In this document: piece after piece, positions 27,460 through 37,140 of the stretch
Position numbering within the stretch: the stretch's first letter is position 1
Layout of the letters: the number at the start of each line of letters is the position of its first letter
Source: a virus
Lineage: Duplodnaviria; Heunggongvirae; Uroviricota; Caudoviricetes
IMG/VR virus record: IMGVR_UViG_3300029537_000168
Reading direction: 5' to 3' (one strand)
Length of the DNA: 64,000 bases
Program-made: the position numbers and the translations under genes
Notes under the pieces: model-generated
The model's database searches: none
Told to the model about the DNA's origin: nothing
What the model saw: only the letters and a program-made list of their open reading frames with translations

Positions 27460-28116
27460 TTACTTGTTTTGTTGTTCGACAATAGATTTTGTGTCCGCCT
27501 CAATCATTTTGGCGAACTCACTCGCTTCTTTCTCCTGCTTCTGTTCGGCAGTCTCAGGAGCTTTGGAGAACTGAAACCCGTTGTTAGACATATCCTGCTT
27601 CATGTCCTTGAAATAAGTATCCAAGTCCGTGTTCTCAGGAATGTTGCGGTCTTTCAGCATAAATTCGGGAATACCGTACTTCTTCGCCACTGCTGAAATC
27701 TGAGAATTGCGCTGCGCCTGCGCTTCATTTTCCTCCATTTTGGCCAGCTTGTCGGCAAACGGCTTGATACCGGCGGCAATGCCATCGGCAATCATCTTTG
27801 CGATGTCTGTCTCCTGCGGCTTTGGAGGGTCGTTTGGTTTCGGTGGTTCTGGTTTCGGATTCTCGATTGGTTTCCCGTCTTTCAGTCCATGCTTCTTCTC
27901 GTAGTTTGAAACAGCGGAAGTCTGCGCCTGTCCTGCACGGAAATCACCATAGTTTTGCATCACGTCCTGAAATGAGATACCCTCAACGATGGAGGTCACC
28001 TTCGTTTCGTCCGTTACACCCTCTGCCTTCTTTGTGGCGATACGGGTGAGTGTGGCAGTGTCCACCCCAGCGAATTTCTGTTGCAGTCCTGCCAAGATTT
28101 GTTCAAAGATTGTCAT
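27460..28116 (-). CDS. Scaffolding protein
   Basis: 218 aa, helical and charged, with a Pro/Lys-rich PKPEPPKPNDPPKPQ linker. It lies between the portal and capsid genes. Confidence 0.5.
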   Translation of the reverse strand: MTIFEQILAGLQQKFAGVDTATLTRIATKKAEGVTDETKVTSIVEGISFQDVMQNYGDFRAGQAQTSAVSNYEKKHGLKDGKPIENPKPEPPKPNDPPKPQETDIAKMIADGIAAGIKPFADKLAKMEENEAQAQRNSQISAVAKKYGIPEFMLKDRNIPENTDLDTYFKDMKQDMSNNGFQFSKAPETAEQKQEKEASEFAKMIEADTKSIVEQQNK

Positions 28117-28285
28117 ACCGTATGAGTTTGATTAATAATTTCATACGGTAAATTTACTTATAGAGAAAGGGAAGGGGAAATTTAAAGGCTAACGATACGA
28201 AACAATTAGGGAAATGTTCGTTTTTAGGTAAAAAGAAAGCGTGACTACCTAAATAATCACGCTAGATCATCATCCAATTATACTT

Positions 28286-28579
28286 TTAAAATTTCAATAT
28301 AGCTGCTTCTATTTCTTTTTTGTCAGAATCTTTTACGTTCCTTAAAGCATTCAGAAAAGGTAATATTAAAGAGTCATCAACGATGAACCAGACTGGGTTT
28401 TTAAATAATTTAGGGTATCCAGGATCATCTCCATAACCATTCCATCTCATTGCCATTCTTCTTTCCCCATTTTCCCAAATACCTATCGCTATAGAAAAAT
28501 CATCATTTTCAAATACAACATTCTCAACCTTAAAATTACTTGGATTTACATCTTTTGCTTTCATTGTACTATCCTCCAT
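28286..28579 (-). CDS. Hypothetical protein co-located with hicAB pair 2
   Basis: 97-aa ORF in an AT-rich segment. Confidence 0.4.
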   Translation of the reverse strand: MEDSTMKAKDVNPSNFKVENVVFENDDFSIAIGIWENGERRMAMRWNGYGDDPGYPKLFKNPVWFIVDDSLILPFLNALRNVKDSDKKEIEAAILKF

Positions 28580-28595
28580 TATATTTAATTAATAA

Positions 28596-29027
28596 TCATA
28601 ACAAATTTATAGCTGCCAGTTCCTCTGTCAGCGCGTTAATACCTTTCTGAATCTTCTCCAACTGCTGTTTACGGGGTTTGTGTACTCCAGCCGCATAATG
28701 CCATAACTGGCGCTCATTGATTCCGGTGATCCGGCTCAAAGCGGCCTTTGTGAAAATACTGCTGTAATAGTTGATGAAGGTGGCAGCATCTATCTTGAAC
28801 TTCAATGTGAACTCTCCCTGCAAAATTTCCACTGGAGCGATGTTCATCTCCTTGCATGACTCCAGGTAAAGTTCAACAGCTTCCTTCATGTTCTTCTCGA
28901 TTTCCTTCACGTCGTTACCGACAGTAATCACCGGAGCACCTTCAATATAGGCACTAAGATTATTTCCAGCATGTTCTACAATCACTTCTACGGTTTTCAT
29001 ACTGACCTCCTTTTTATCGTTAAACAA
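28596..29027 (-). CDS. hicB: HicB-family antitoxin with a C-terminal HTH (pair 2)
   Basis: 143 aa. The C-terminus LSRITGINERQLWHYAAGVHKPRKQQLEKIQKGI is an XRE-like HTH. It lies 12 nt downstream of a HicA-like ORF. Confidence 0.65.
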   Translation of the reverse strand: MFNDKKEVSMKTVEVIVEHAGNNLSAYIEGAPVITVGNDVKEIEKNMKEAVELYLESCKEMNIAPVEILQGEFTLKFKIDAATFINYYSSIFTKAALSRITGINERQLWHYAAGVHKPRKQQLEKIQKGINALTEELAAINLL

Positions 29028-29039
29028 AAGAGGCGGGGG

Positions 29040-29228
29040 CTATTTTAGCCCCGCTTGCCTCAGAATGTTGTAATAAGTGCCTTTCTCAACGCCTTTCTTG
29101 CCGTGGTCGGGTACAATCACTACATGGCTACCATCAGTGTAAACCATGTGACTGCCTTTCTGCCTCACGAACCAAAAGCCATTTTCAGTAAGCAGCGTTA
29201 CAACGTCTTTAACTGATTTGTAGCTCAT
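29040..29228 (-). CDS. hicA: HicA-family toxin (pair 2)
   Basis: 62 aa, MSYKSVKDVVTLLTENGFWFVRQKGSHMVY...VPDHGKKGVEKGTYYNILRQAGL, matching the HicA signature. Confidence 0.8.
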   Translation of the reverse strand: MSYKSVKDVVTLLTENGFWFVRQKGSHMVYTDGSHVVIVPDHGKKGVEKGTYYNILRQAGLK

Positions 29229-29416
29229 AGCGTTTAAGACTTAATTACGATGCAAATATAGTAAAATAACGAATAATTACAAAGAAGTATTCATGTTTTT
29301 ACTATGATAAAGGAAATAGCGATACCTCGAAAGATACCGCTACTCAAATAGTCAATATTTTAGATTTATATCATTCTGTTTTGTATTATCCCCGTAAATA
29401 TTCTGACTGGGTTGTT

Positions 29417-30928
29417 CTATTCTTCAGATTTACTGCTGGAACTTTTAAGAGAGGAAAGCTGTTTCTGCTTCTCGATGTCGTTCTTCTGTTTCTCAGATTG
29501 CTCTTCCTTGATGGCTTCAATCTCATCCAGAACTGCATCCACGTTCCCCACAAAGGTAATGGCCCGCTGTTGAGACCAGATTTCACCGTCCTTGGCCTTG
29601 ATAGCTGTGTCTATCTTGTCTTTGATGTCCTCCAGCTTATACGGCTGCATCTGCACATCCACATCGATGGTTTCGGAGGCTTCTTCAAGGGTGGAATTCA
29701 CGGAACCCAACGCGGAGACAAGGAAATTTACACGTCGTTGCATGAACTCGCCGACGATCTCGTTCAGATTTTCTACGTTAAGGTGGGTGGACATAAACAC
29801 ATAATCGAAAGTCACACCGGAAACGGCGTTTCCTGTACCTTTCAGGGAGTCAAAAGAGATTCTGGGTGTATTGGTCAGTCCATATATCTGGCTCAGCAAG
29901 GTTTCTACCTCGAACTTGACAGTATCAGGTACCTGTGACCAGGTAAGATACTGGGCATTTGCTCCCTGGCCGGTCAACTCGACAACACGGTTCTTGAACT
30001 CACCTGAGAAATTCTCCACGTTACCAAAAAGCATGAGGATAGGGAAGAAGTGGTAGTCGATACAGTCTGCATAGTTTGAGAGAAGCTTCTCCAGTCTTAC
30101 ACGGAGGCTCTTTATCTTTTCACAGTACGCTTCCGGACGGTACATATAAATCACCGGCATCTTCTTGAATCCATGTGCAAATGAGCCTTTGTCAGTCCAG
30201 TTGCTTGTCAGTTCCCACTGATAAACCATGTCCTTGGTAATGGTCATGAAGCAGGTAATCTCCACGTCATTCAGATCTTTCTTCTTGTATTCACGGGACA
30301 GGGCCACCAAATCCCCCTGGTCATTGAAGAAAGGGTAGAGCTTGTCGCCACGGAACGGAGACCAGATGGCACTCTTCAGACGGTATTCAGGTTTTGATTT
30401 GCCGAAGATTCCTGAAATCTTTCGTTTGAGCTTTGCCCAGAAGCCGTCATCCTTCACCACATACCAGTATTCGGCCACTTCCTGCTCGGCCAGCCATGCC
30501 CGGACTACTTTCTTGTTCTGGTATTTCAACTTGTTTTTCTTGAACACCTGCTTCAATGTGGAAAGAAGGCTTTCTTCCGACTGGTCCGGCTGGCAATCAA
30601 GGACCGGTTCTGTTCCCACGGTGAAGGCAGTCTGAATGTTCACGATGTCCTGCTCGATAGGAAGAGCAATCCTGTTCGGGTCAACTTCTTTCCTTGCCGC
30701 CGGCTCAACATATTCTTTCCCGGTTGTAGGGTCTGTAATCCGTTTCTCAGGCTGGGTCGTAATTTTGATTTTCGGGTATTTCTCTTCATCTATCACTATC
30801 TCGTGCTTGTTCGGATTCCAGTCGTTGTAAAGAGCGTGAGCGTTTGGTTGCTCGGTCTTTCGTCCTTTCTTCAGATAGTAGATTTTTCTCTCTACTTCCG
30901 GCATAGCTAAAATTTCTTCTATAGTCAT
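29417..30928 (-). CDS. Portal protein
   Basis: 503 aa immediately downstream of the large terminase gene. Confidence 0.65.
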   Translation of the reverse strand: MTIEEILAMPEVERKIYYLKKGRKTEQPNAHALYNDWNPNKHEIVIDEEKYPKIKITTQPEKRITDPTTGKEYVEPAARKEVDPNRIALPIEQDIVNIQTAFTVGTEPVLDCQPDQSEESLLSTLKQVFKKNKLKYQNKKVVRAWLAEQEVAEYWYVVKDDGFWAKLKRKISGIFGKSKPEYRLKSAIWSPFRGDKLYPFFNDQGDLVALSREYKKKDLNDVEITCFMTITKDMVYQWELTSNWTDKGSFAHGFKKMPVIYMYRPEAYCEKIKSLRVRLEKLLSNYADCIDYHFFPILMLFGNVENFSGEFKNRVVELTGQGANAQYLTWSQVPDTVKFEVETLLSQIYGLTNTPRISFDSLKGTGNAVSGVTFDYVFMSTHLNVENLNEIVGEFMQRRVNFLVSALGSVNSTLEEASETIDVDVQMQPYKLEDIKDKIDTAIKAKDGEIWSQQRAITFVGNVDAVLDEIEAIKEEQSEKQKNDIEKQKQLSSLKSSSSKSEE

Positions 30929-30938
30929 ATCTCAAAGT

Positions 30939-32207
30939 TTAATGTCCAAATATTCCTGAAACGTCTTTGGGTTTCATAATTCTACCGAGAAGTTCTCCCA
31001 GCACATAGTAGCGTGCAGCATCTATGCCATGATTATCATGGTCTTCAGGTTTGTTGATGTAGTTTCCATCCTTATCTTTTGCCCAGACATAATTTCTGAA
31101 CTCCCTTTGCAGGTTATAAGAACGCTTGGTAATGAATATTTCCATTCCCTGCATCTTGTCAATACCGGCATTGACAGAACCTTGCCCTTTCTCTACCGCG
31201 TATATTTTAATCCCTCCGTTATGAATCTCCTGGATGAGTCGCGGGTCCGCACTGTCGGCAATCACTCTCAAATTCCACGGGCGTAGCGTCTTTATAATAT
31301 CCCCAGAAAGTAATCCAGTTCTATAATCCACTTCATCCAGATAAAGCGCATTGTCAATGATTCCACACCGGATAGAAGCCGATGGGTCATTGGTATAACC
31401 AAAGTCCTGTCCAATAGCCACTTTCTTGCACCACATGGGGAACTCGTCCACAATACCCCATTTCTTGAACACGGCACCTTCGGCCACGTCCGCCCATCGA
31501 CCGATAACCACATGAGCGTACTTCTCCGGATTCTTCTCTTTCATTTCCTTGACTTCTCTCAGGAACTCAGGAGAAAGGTTCTCTATATTGTCGAAGTAAG
31601 TCGTATGGATATGAAGTACATTCGGATGGGTGGAAATCTGTACCTGGACGCCGTCAATCTCCACCAGCCGGTGAGTATTCTCGATGTATTTCTTGTAGAT
31701 GAAATGGTTTGAATCGCATGGATTCATGATGATGATAATCCGGTTCTGGATTCCCTTTTTACGGATGGAGAGCATAATCTTGTCAAACTCGTCCTCACTG
31801 GTCCATTCCTCTGCTTCATCACAGACAAAGGTGGTGATACCCTGAATTGATTTCAACTTGGCCGTCTGGTTCCCTGAAGAGGTTTTGATACCACGGAACA
31901 TGATACGGCTGCCGGTCATCCGGTTTACTATATCGGTTTTGGTGGTCTTGAAATACTTCGTGGTTCCATCCAAATCTATCTTTTCCATCATTTCAGGAAT
32001 AATAGACATCCCGGCAGATACCATCGTGTAACGGGTATAAAGAATCTGGTGGACTATCTTCTCTGTGGGAGTCATCTCGAACGTCAGCCGCTCTATGAAG
32101 GTAGAAGCGTTGAAAGACTTTCCCGATCCACGGCCACCGGTAATGAGAATGATAAACTTCTCGCTATCGGTATATAACGGATGATATATCGCTTGGGGTA
32201 CAATCAT
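30939..32207 (-). CDS. terL: Terminase large subunit
   Basis: Walker A ILITGGRGSGKSF, with nuclease-domain acidic residues in the C-terminal half. Confidence 0.85.
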   Translation of the reverse strand: MIVPQAIYHPLYTDSEKFIILITGGRGSGKSFNASTFIERLTFEMTPTEKIVHQILYTRYTMVSAGMSIIPEMMEKIDLDGTTKYFKTTKTDIVNRMTGSRIMFRGIKTSSGNQTAKLKSIQGITTFVCDEAEEWTSEDEFDKIMLSIRKKGIQNRIIIIMNPCDSNHFIYKKYIENTHRLVEIDGVQVQISTHPNVLHIHTTYFDNIENLSPEFLREVKEMKEKNPEKYAHVVIGRWADVAEGAVFKKWGIVDEFPMWCKKVAIGQDFGYTNDPSASIRCGIIDNALYLDEVDYRTGLLSGDIIKTLRPWNLRVIADSADPRLIQEIHNGGIKIYAVEKGQGSVNAGIDKMQGMEIFITKRSYNLQREFRNYVWAKDKDGNYINKPEDHDNHGIDAARYYVLGELLGRIMKPKDVSGIFGH

Positions 32208-32608
32208 TTCAGCTTGTCTTTAATCCATGAGTCGATAGAAATTCCGTGGTCAATATCCTTTGGAATGTCTGCGTCTTCGTCTTCTCGGTCTCCAAAACCT
32301 TCTTTTCTTCCTAATGTGGAAAGTAAATAGCGAATCATATACCCATCTGGACGTTCACGCCATCCGATAAAGTTCCCATTTTCATCTTTCTCAGGGATAC
32401 CAAGCGCAAGTACACGTGCAGATACAAGGCATTCATCTATCAGAGAACCTCTTTCGTCGGTGATAGCATCTTTGAACTGGCTGTCTGCTCTGGCCCAATC
32501 ATACACGGTTTTTCGGGTTACATTGAATACAGCAGCAACCTTAGAGAGATTTCCACCTGTTTTATGAAGGACCTCTCTGAATTTCGATATGTCTGGCTTC
32601 TTTCCCAT
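32204..32608 (-). CDS. terS: Terminase small subunit
   Basis: 134 aa with the HTH GGNLSKVAAVFNVTRKTVYDWA. Its stop overlaps the terL start. Confidence 0.6.
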   Translation of the reverse strand: MGKKPDISKFREVLHKTGGNLSKVAAVFNVTRKTVYDWARADSQFKDAITDERGSLIDECLVSARVLALGIPEKDENGNFIGWRERPDGYMIRYLLSTLGRKEGFGDREDEDADIPKDIDHGISIDSWIKDKLK

Positions 32609-32631
32609 GCGCGCGTATCTGTTTATTTTGA

Positions 32632-33366
32632 TTACTCAATCAATTTCAAAACCTCTTCTCCTTTGGCAAATTTTTCATCCGTACTGATACCCAACAAATC
32701 ACAAAAATCTGATTTTGTCTCAAAAGAAGAAAATGAAAGTATTATATAAGCATCTTCATCCTGCCTGTGCTGAAATGCAGATTCTTTTACTTGTTGCTTT
32801 ACCGCTTTCATGTGTTCTTTCTTCTCTTCATATGGCAGTGCAGCATCTTCAGGAATAGGATTTTTTATACCATCGAAGTCTGTTGGCAATAACAAGTCAT
32901 CTAATGACTCTGATAAGGAATTGGCATCAACTTCACTTATCGCAAGTATATCATTCAACTCATCAGGACTCAACCCGACTTCGGAATAGTCTATATCAGG
33001 CAAATAACTCGCGAGCAAATCTAAATCAGGCTTGGTGTTTCCTACTGCCATATAAGTAAGCTGTTCCTTTTCTTTTTTTTCGTCAAGGTTCACAACCTCC
33101 ACTTTTACCTTATAGTCTGTATCAGAAGTACCATCGTATTTGTAATACATATCCATAGCCTTGATACGCCTGTGCCCATCTATTAGGTTTCCGCTTAATT
33201 CATTCCATACAATACCACCAAGAAAACCGACTTTTTGCAGGTTTTTCTTTTGCAGTCTAATACGTTCATCCGAATGCCTCTTAGGGTTTATCGGATTCAG
33301 ATTTATCTGCGAACGTTTTATTATTCTTGTCTCACTTTGTTTCAGTTCCTTCATAATCATGCTCAA
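32632..33366 (-). CDS. ParB-like nuclease domain protein
   Basis: ParB/Srx N-terminal motif LIDGHRRIKAM. Confidence 0.65.
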   Translation of the reverse strand: MSMIMKELKQSETRIIKRSQINLNPINPKRHSDERIRLQKKNLQKVGFLGGIVWNELSGNLIDGHRRIKAMDMYYKYDGTSDTDYKVKVEVVNLDEKKEKEQLTYMAVGNTKPDLDLLASYLPDIDYSEVGLSPDELNDILAISEVDANSLSESLDDLLLPTDFDGIKNPIPEDAALPYEEKKEHMKAVKQQVKESAFQHRQDEDAYIILSFSSFETKSDFCDLLGISTDEKFAKGEEVLKLIE

Positions 33367-34018
33367 ACAACAATCGTTCTACCATAGGGTATTCCTCTAT
33401 AATCTTTTTCAAGTCTGCCGGGAAATTACTTCTGAGCCACAAAAGATAGTTCATATCGCTTATATTCGTTCCTGCCGACTGGCTGTTACCGTATTTCTCC
33501 GGCTTTATAAGACTTTTCTTTTCGATATAGTTCAGAATATCAACATTCTTGTAAGCTGATAGGGGATAACATTTCTTTTGCGCTTCATTGATAGCTTCAT
33601 CTTTGTACGTCCTTAGCATCAACCGTCTGTTCATTGAGTCGGATTGTTTGAACCCGAAAAATGCCCAGTCTATATGATATTTTTCTCTGACTATCTCTGT
33701 AAGCTGCGCCATACTGTACTGCCTCTGCTTTTCGTTCTTTATACAACCCATGTAACCACTCTTACGATATGAATATACCGCAAAGTGAGGCACTTGTATG
33801 AACTTCACATTACCATATTTCTTGCAGGTGTAGTTGATGTATCTGTTAATATGCTGCAAGTCCTTGACTACATACATGTAAACACATACTATCTCTTTGA
33901 AATAGGGGTGCATAAGATCTAAAAGGGCTATACTGTCCTTACCCGATGCTGAGTGAAACAATATAACCCTATCTGTCAGCTCTGAGACTTGTTTAATTAT
34001 GCTTATAGCCTTCTTCAT
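33332..34018 (-). CDS. PAPS-reductase-family protein (PP-loop ATP pyrophosphatase)
   Basis: PP-loop ILFHSASGKDSIALLDL. It overlaps the ParB-like gene by 35 nt. Confidence 0.75.
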   Translation of the reverse strand: MKKAISIIKQVSELTDRVILFHSASGKDSIALLDLMHPYFKEIVCVYMYVVKDLQHINRYINYTCKKYGNVKFIQVPHFAVYSYRKSGYMGCIKNEKQRQYSMAQLTEIVREKYHIDWAFFGFKQSDSMNRRLMLRTYKDEAINEAQKKCYPLSAYKNVDILNYIEKKSLIKPEKYGNSQSAGTNISDMNYLLWLRSNFPADLKKIIEEYPMVERLLFEHDYEGTETK

Positions 34019-34232
34019 GATTAAACAACTCTACCGCCAACTGCTCTGTTGATTCTCGCTCTCTGAGCAGCGTTTGTGCCCATTGATTGAAAACGTCCAG
34101 CTTCATAATCAGCTCTTGTTCGGTACGTTCTACCGTCTGAAGCTGTTGCATAAACTTCTGCCATAATCACTTTTTTTAAGTTACACAATCTTTTTACCTA
34201 TATGCAGACAAAGCCGCATAAAGCGGCTTGAC

Positions 34233-34688
34233 TTATTTTAATCCTTCATGGTTAATCACTTCACTAATATGCAGGTAATAAAACAATGGAATTTCTTCTG
34301 GTGGATTTTTCTTGAACTCTTCTAACTGTTCGTCGAAATCGTGAAAATCAAATTCTTCGTGCATGAACTTTATGCCCTCTTCAGTAACCTCACCAATGCC
34401 GATTTCATCTATCGCCACATCAAGAAACCACGGGGCACCTGTGCTATAAAAATGAATTGCTTCTATATCAGTACGCAGAATAGGCTGGCACTCATTTTCA
34501 CGTCCTTCTTTTCTCAATCTCTCGTTTTCTTCAAGTTGCTTGAAATTTGTAAACATCTTTTCGTATTTAGAACTTAGCTTACGAGCTTCTATAACTTTCT
34601 TGCCATTGAGAATATCCAAAGCATTAGCCTTCGTCATTATCAGCGAGTAGGCTTCTACTTCTTGGCCATTATATTTGATTGTTTTCAT
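34233..34688 (-). CDS. Hypothetical acidic protein
   Basis: 151-aa ORF. Confidence 0.45.
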   Translation of the reverse strand: MKTIKYNGQEVEAYSLIMTKANALDILNGKKVIEARKLSSKYEKMFTNFKQLEENERLRKEGRENECQPILRTDIEAIHFYSTGAPWFLDVAIDEIGIGEVTEEGIKFMHEEFDFHDFDEQLEEFKKNPPEEIPLFYYLHISEVINHEGLK

Positions 34689-34827
34689 TTGATTATTAAT
34701 ATTTTACTATTCAAAAATAGTATATACTTACCTCAAAACAGAATAAATTGCTAGTACATACGAAACAATATGCCAATTGTTTCATTTTATACACACGCCA
34801 ACTTAATGACGTGTGTATGAACGGTTT

Positions 34828-35928
34828 TTAAGCTGCCGATTTACTGTTTACTAAATCAAGTATAAACTTTCTACCAAGTTGCGTCCAACACAAGTATTGC
34901 TTTGCAACCTGCATACCAGTGGTATCACTTGTATAGGTGTGTGTCCTGTACTTGTCATAACCTAATCCCCTGTACTTGGCATAAAGCATGTAAACCCCAT
35001 TCTGGTTGTACAATACGCCTAAATCTTTTAATATCTTGTACAGCTTTTTGGCACTCATGCCAAGTTCGTTGGCTATGATATTTGTTGTTATCAATCCTTC
35101 GCTTTGAAGGACATTGTCGAAGTAGGCAGCTTTTGGCGCCATCAGTCTGTTCTGTTCTTCTACCAGATTCTTTTCGGTTTCAAGTACAGATATTCGTTCT
35201 TTCTGCCTTTCGATGGTTGAGTTTGCTAACAGGATGGCTTTTGCCATGATTTCTTCTGGCGTATCATCCGATTTTACTGCCATATAACCGCCTTTAGTTC
35301 GGATTTCTTTCAGTATGGCTTTTACGCCTTTCTTGAACTGTTTGGCTATTGGCTTGCGGCTTTGCATCAGGACTTCATATAAACCGCTCTCTGTCAGCAT
35401 CCAGACTTGACGGTTCTGACCTGACCGGAATAATGTTCCGACCAGCCTTTCATCTTCGTCTACTGTATTTACGAGTTTATTAAGGCTGCTTACATCGTAT
35501 TCAATCCACTCTGCTACATCTTTAGCAAGAAACAACGGATTCTCTGCATTGCCGTAAACGGTAAGTTCTTTACCTAATAAAGTTGTTCTCTGTAAAACCT
35601 GTATCTCATTCATATTTTTTGAATTTAAGTTACCAATCTGACTCTTTACACACTCTGTCAATTCTTTATTGTTTGCGAAATACATCAAAGCTATCCCGAT
35701 TTCTAGATACTGGCCGAAATACATGATTTCTCTTAGTTTCAATCCGTTTTCGGCTGCATACGTTTTTATTTGCAACATGTTCTTTGATTTCCATTCGCTT
35801 ATGCTTATCCCGACATCAGAATTAAGCCCCTTGCAAGAAATATATATCCTGCCATTGTAGGTACAATAAGAAATTTGCTTATCTTTGTACCGTATGAATT
35901 GGGATTCATTTATGGTTTCTTTGTTCAT
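34828..35928 (-). CDS. Phage antirepressor (Bro-N + KilA-C domains)
   Basis: Bro-N-like AENPLFLAKDVAEWIEY and KilAC-like YFDNVLQSEGLITTNIIANELGMSAKKLYKILKDLGV. The probable start is the second Met. Confidence 0.75.
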   Translation of the reverse strand: MNKETINESQFIRYKDKQISYCTYNGRIYISCKGLNSDVGISISEWKSKNMLQIKTYAAENGLKLREIMYFGQYLEIGIALMYFANNKELTECVKSQIGNLNSKNMNEIQVLQRTTLLGKELTVYGNAENPLFLAKDVAEWIEYDVSSLNKLVNTVDEDERLVGTLFRSGQNRQVWMLTESGLYEVLMQSRKPIAKQFKKGVKAILKEIRTKGGYMAVKSDDTPEEIMAKAILLANSTIERQKERISVLETEKNLVEEQNRLMAPKAAYFDNVLQSEGLITTNIIANELGMSAKKLYKILKDLGVLYNQNGVYMLYAKYRGLGYDKYRTHTYTSDTTGMQVAKQYLCWTQLGRKFILDLVNSKSAA

Positions 35929-36003
35929 ACGCTGTAAAACCTGAATTAAACATATCCTCATTGATGGCCGGTCAATTCATCAATGAGGATTTTATTTTGA
36001 CCG

Positions 36004-36032
36004 TAGTAGCAAGCTGGGATTTGAACCCATGC
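36004..36032 (-). other. tRNA 3'-fragment-like element (T-arm plus 3' acceptor strand only)
   Basis: Minus strand reads catGGGTTCAAATCCCagcttgcta. No 5' acceptor partner is found upstream. Confidence 0.35.
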
Positions 36033-36272
36033 ACACCTGAATGTCTTGCCTTGACCTGTCACGCCTGACATATAAAAAGGCAAATCTTAAAAGAGGTCTA
36101 AAGTGGCAGTTTACCCCTTGAAAGAAATGCCTTGAATATCTTTGCAGCGCAACTGCCACGAAGCGCATTTCATTCTATGGCAAAATTACCAACCGCCAAA
36201 TGTTTATCCTAAAAATTGCCGTAATCAGAACAAACATTTGGCTGATTGTTTCAAAATAATCGTGTGAGGGAT

Positions 36273-36608
36273 TTACATTGCAGTTTTCATCATGTTTGGA
36301 TTAAAGCCTTGCATAAGATTACCTTCGCAGTCAAAAAAGGTGTCTTCTCGTAGCAGACTACCAATAAGTTCATTTGCAAGCCTAAATATCGGGTAAACTT
36401 CATCATTAGAGTCTATCATGCCATCTTTACAACATTTCTTTTCACTCAGAGAACGCAACAGCCAAAGTGTTTTCATGTAATACTGGTATTTTTCGGGGTT
36501 GTTGAACATTCGTTTTAATAACATAATGTTTGATTCAGTTATTACTGTTTCTTGTTTGTTAGTAAATGTTATCTTGTGCAATTCAGGATTAAAGTCTATA
36601 ATTCTCAT
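36273..36608 (-). CDS. Hypothetical protein
   Basis: 111-aa ORF. Confidence 0.45.
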   Translation of the reverse strand: MRIIDFNPELHKITFTNKQETVITESNIMLLKRMFNNPEKYQYYMKTLWLLRSLSEKKCCKDGMIDSNDEVYPIFRLANELIGSLLREDTFFDCEGNLMQGFNPNMMKTAM

Positions 36609-36634
36609 AAGTCATATTCTTTTAAATGTTAATA

Positions 36635-36961
36635 CTAAGCTATCTTTATAAGGTTGCATTTTTTGAAACAACGCCATTCTTCTTTTTCACAATCGAAATA
36701 CACCTGGCAGTTATCTGCTGTTTTCTTTGTACCCTTTGTCTCTGGTATTCTGCCACTCATTAAAGTACCGAAAGCCTGACGCAGTGTGCCGTCTGTTTTC
36801 TTGAAATAGAACTCAACCACCTTCTTATGAAGCAATGCACGAAGTTTGATATTAGTCCAAGCGCATTTCAATGCTTCACTCATTGAATAACCGTTCTTGC
36901 GTACAAATGACCAAGCAAGGTTCATAATCTCTTTTAATAGGTTTCTCTTTTCTGTTGCCAT
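36635..36961 (-). CDS. Conserved small basic protein, paralog A (about 60 % identical to 59171..59494)
   Basis: Both copies contain KCAW.N.KL, FYFKK.DG, QVYFD and RCFKK.NL. Confidence 0.55.
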   Translation of the reverse strand: MATEKRNLLKEIMNLAWSFVRKNGYSMSEALKCAWTNIKLRALLHKKVVEFYFKKTDGTLRQAFGTLMSGRIPETKGTKKTADNCQVYFDCEKEEWRCFKKCNLIKIA

Positions 36962-37009
36962 AGTTCTTATATTTATTAGTTCTTTAAATGCTGTTTAAAT
37001 TTTATGCTG

Positions 37010-37089
37010 CAAATATAATTGATATTTAAATTATAGAACAAGCTTTCATAGTTAATAAAATCTAAATATAAAATTGATATTTAAATTAT
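37010..37089. promoter_or_regulatory. Two direct repeats of about 24 bp (aaatataa(a)attgatatttaaattat) in a divergent intergenic region
   Basis: Copies at 37010..37034 and 37064..37089, each containing the palindromic atttaaat. They lie between the paralog A gene and a plus-strand HTH gene. Confidence 0.5.
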
Positions 37090-37140
37090 TTGCTTATTAT
37101 TTAAATAGTAGATATTTTTGTGCTATAAAACTAAATTTAA

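Noticed and set aside
36004-36032. attP core of the window's integrase
   Set aside because: It is 24 kb away from int and buried among early genes. attP is expected adjacent to int, so it is more likely a relic or secondary site.
37010-37089. Possible CRISPR array (short repeats in AT-rich intergenic DNA here and at 59559..60626)
   Set aside because: There are only two copies each and no regular repeat-spacer periodicity. Their positions in divergent promoters next to HTH or repressor genes fit operators instead.
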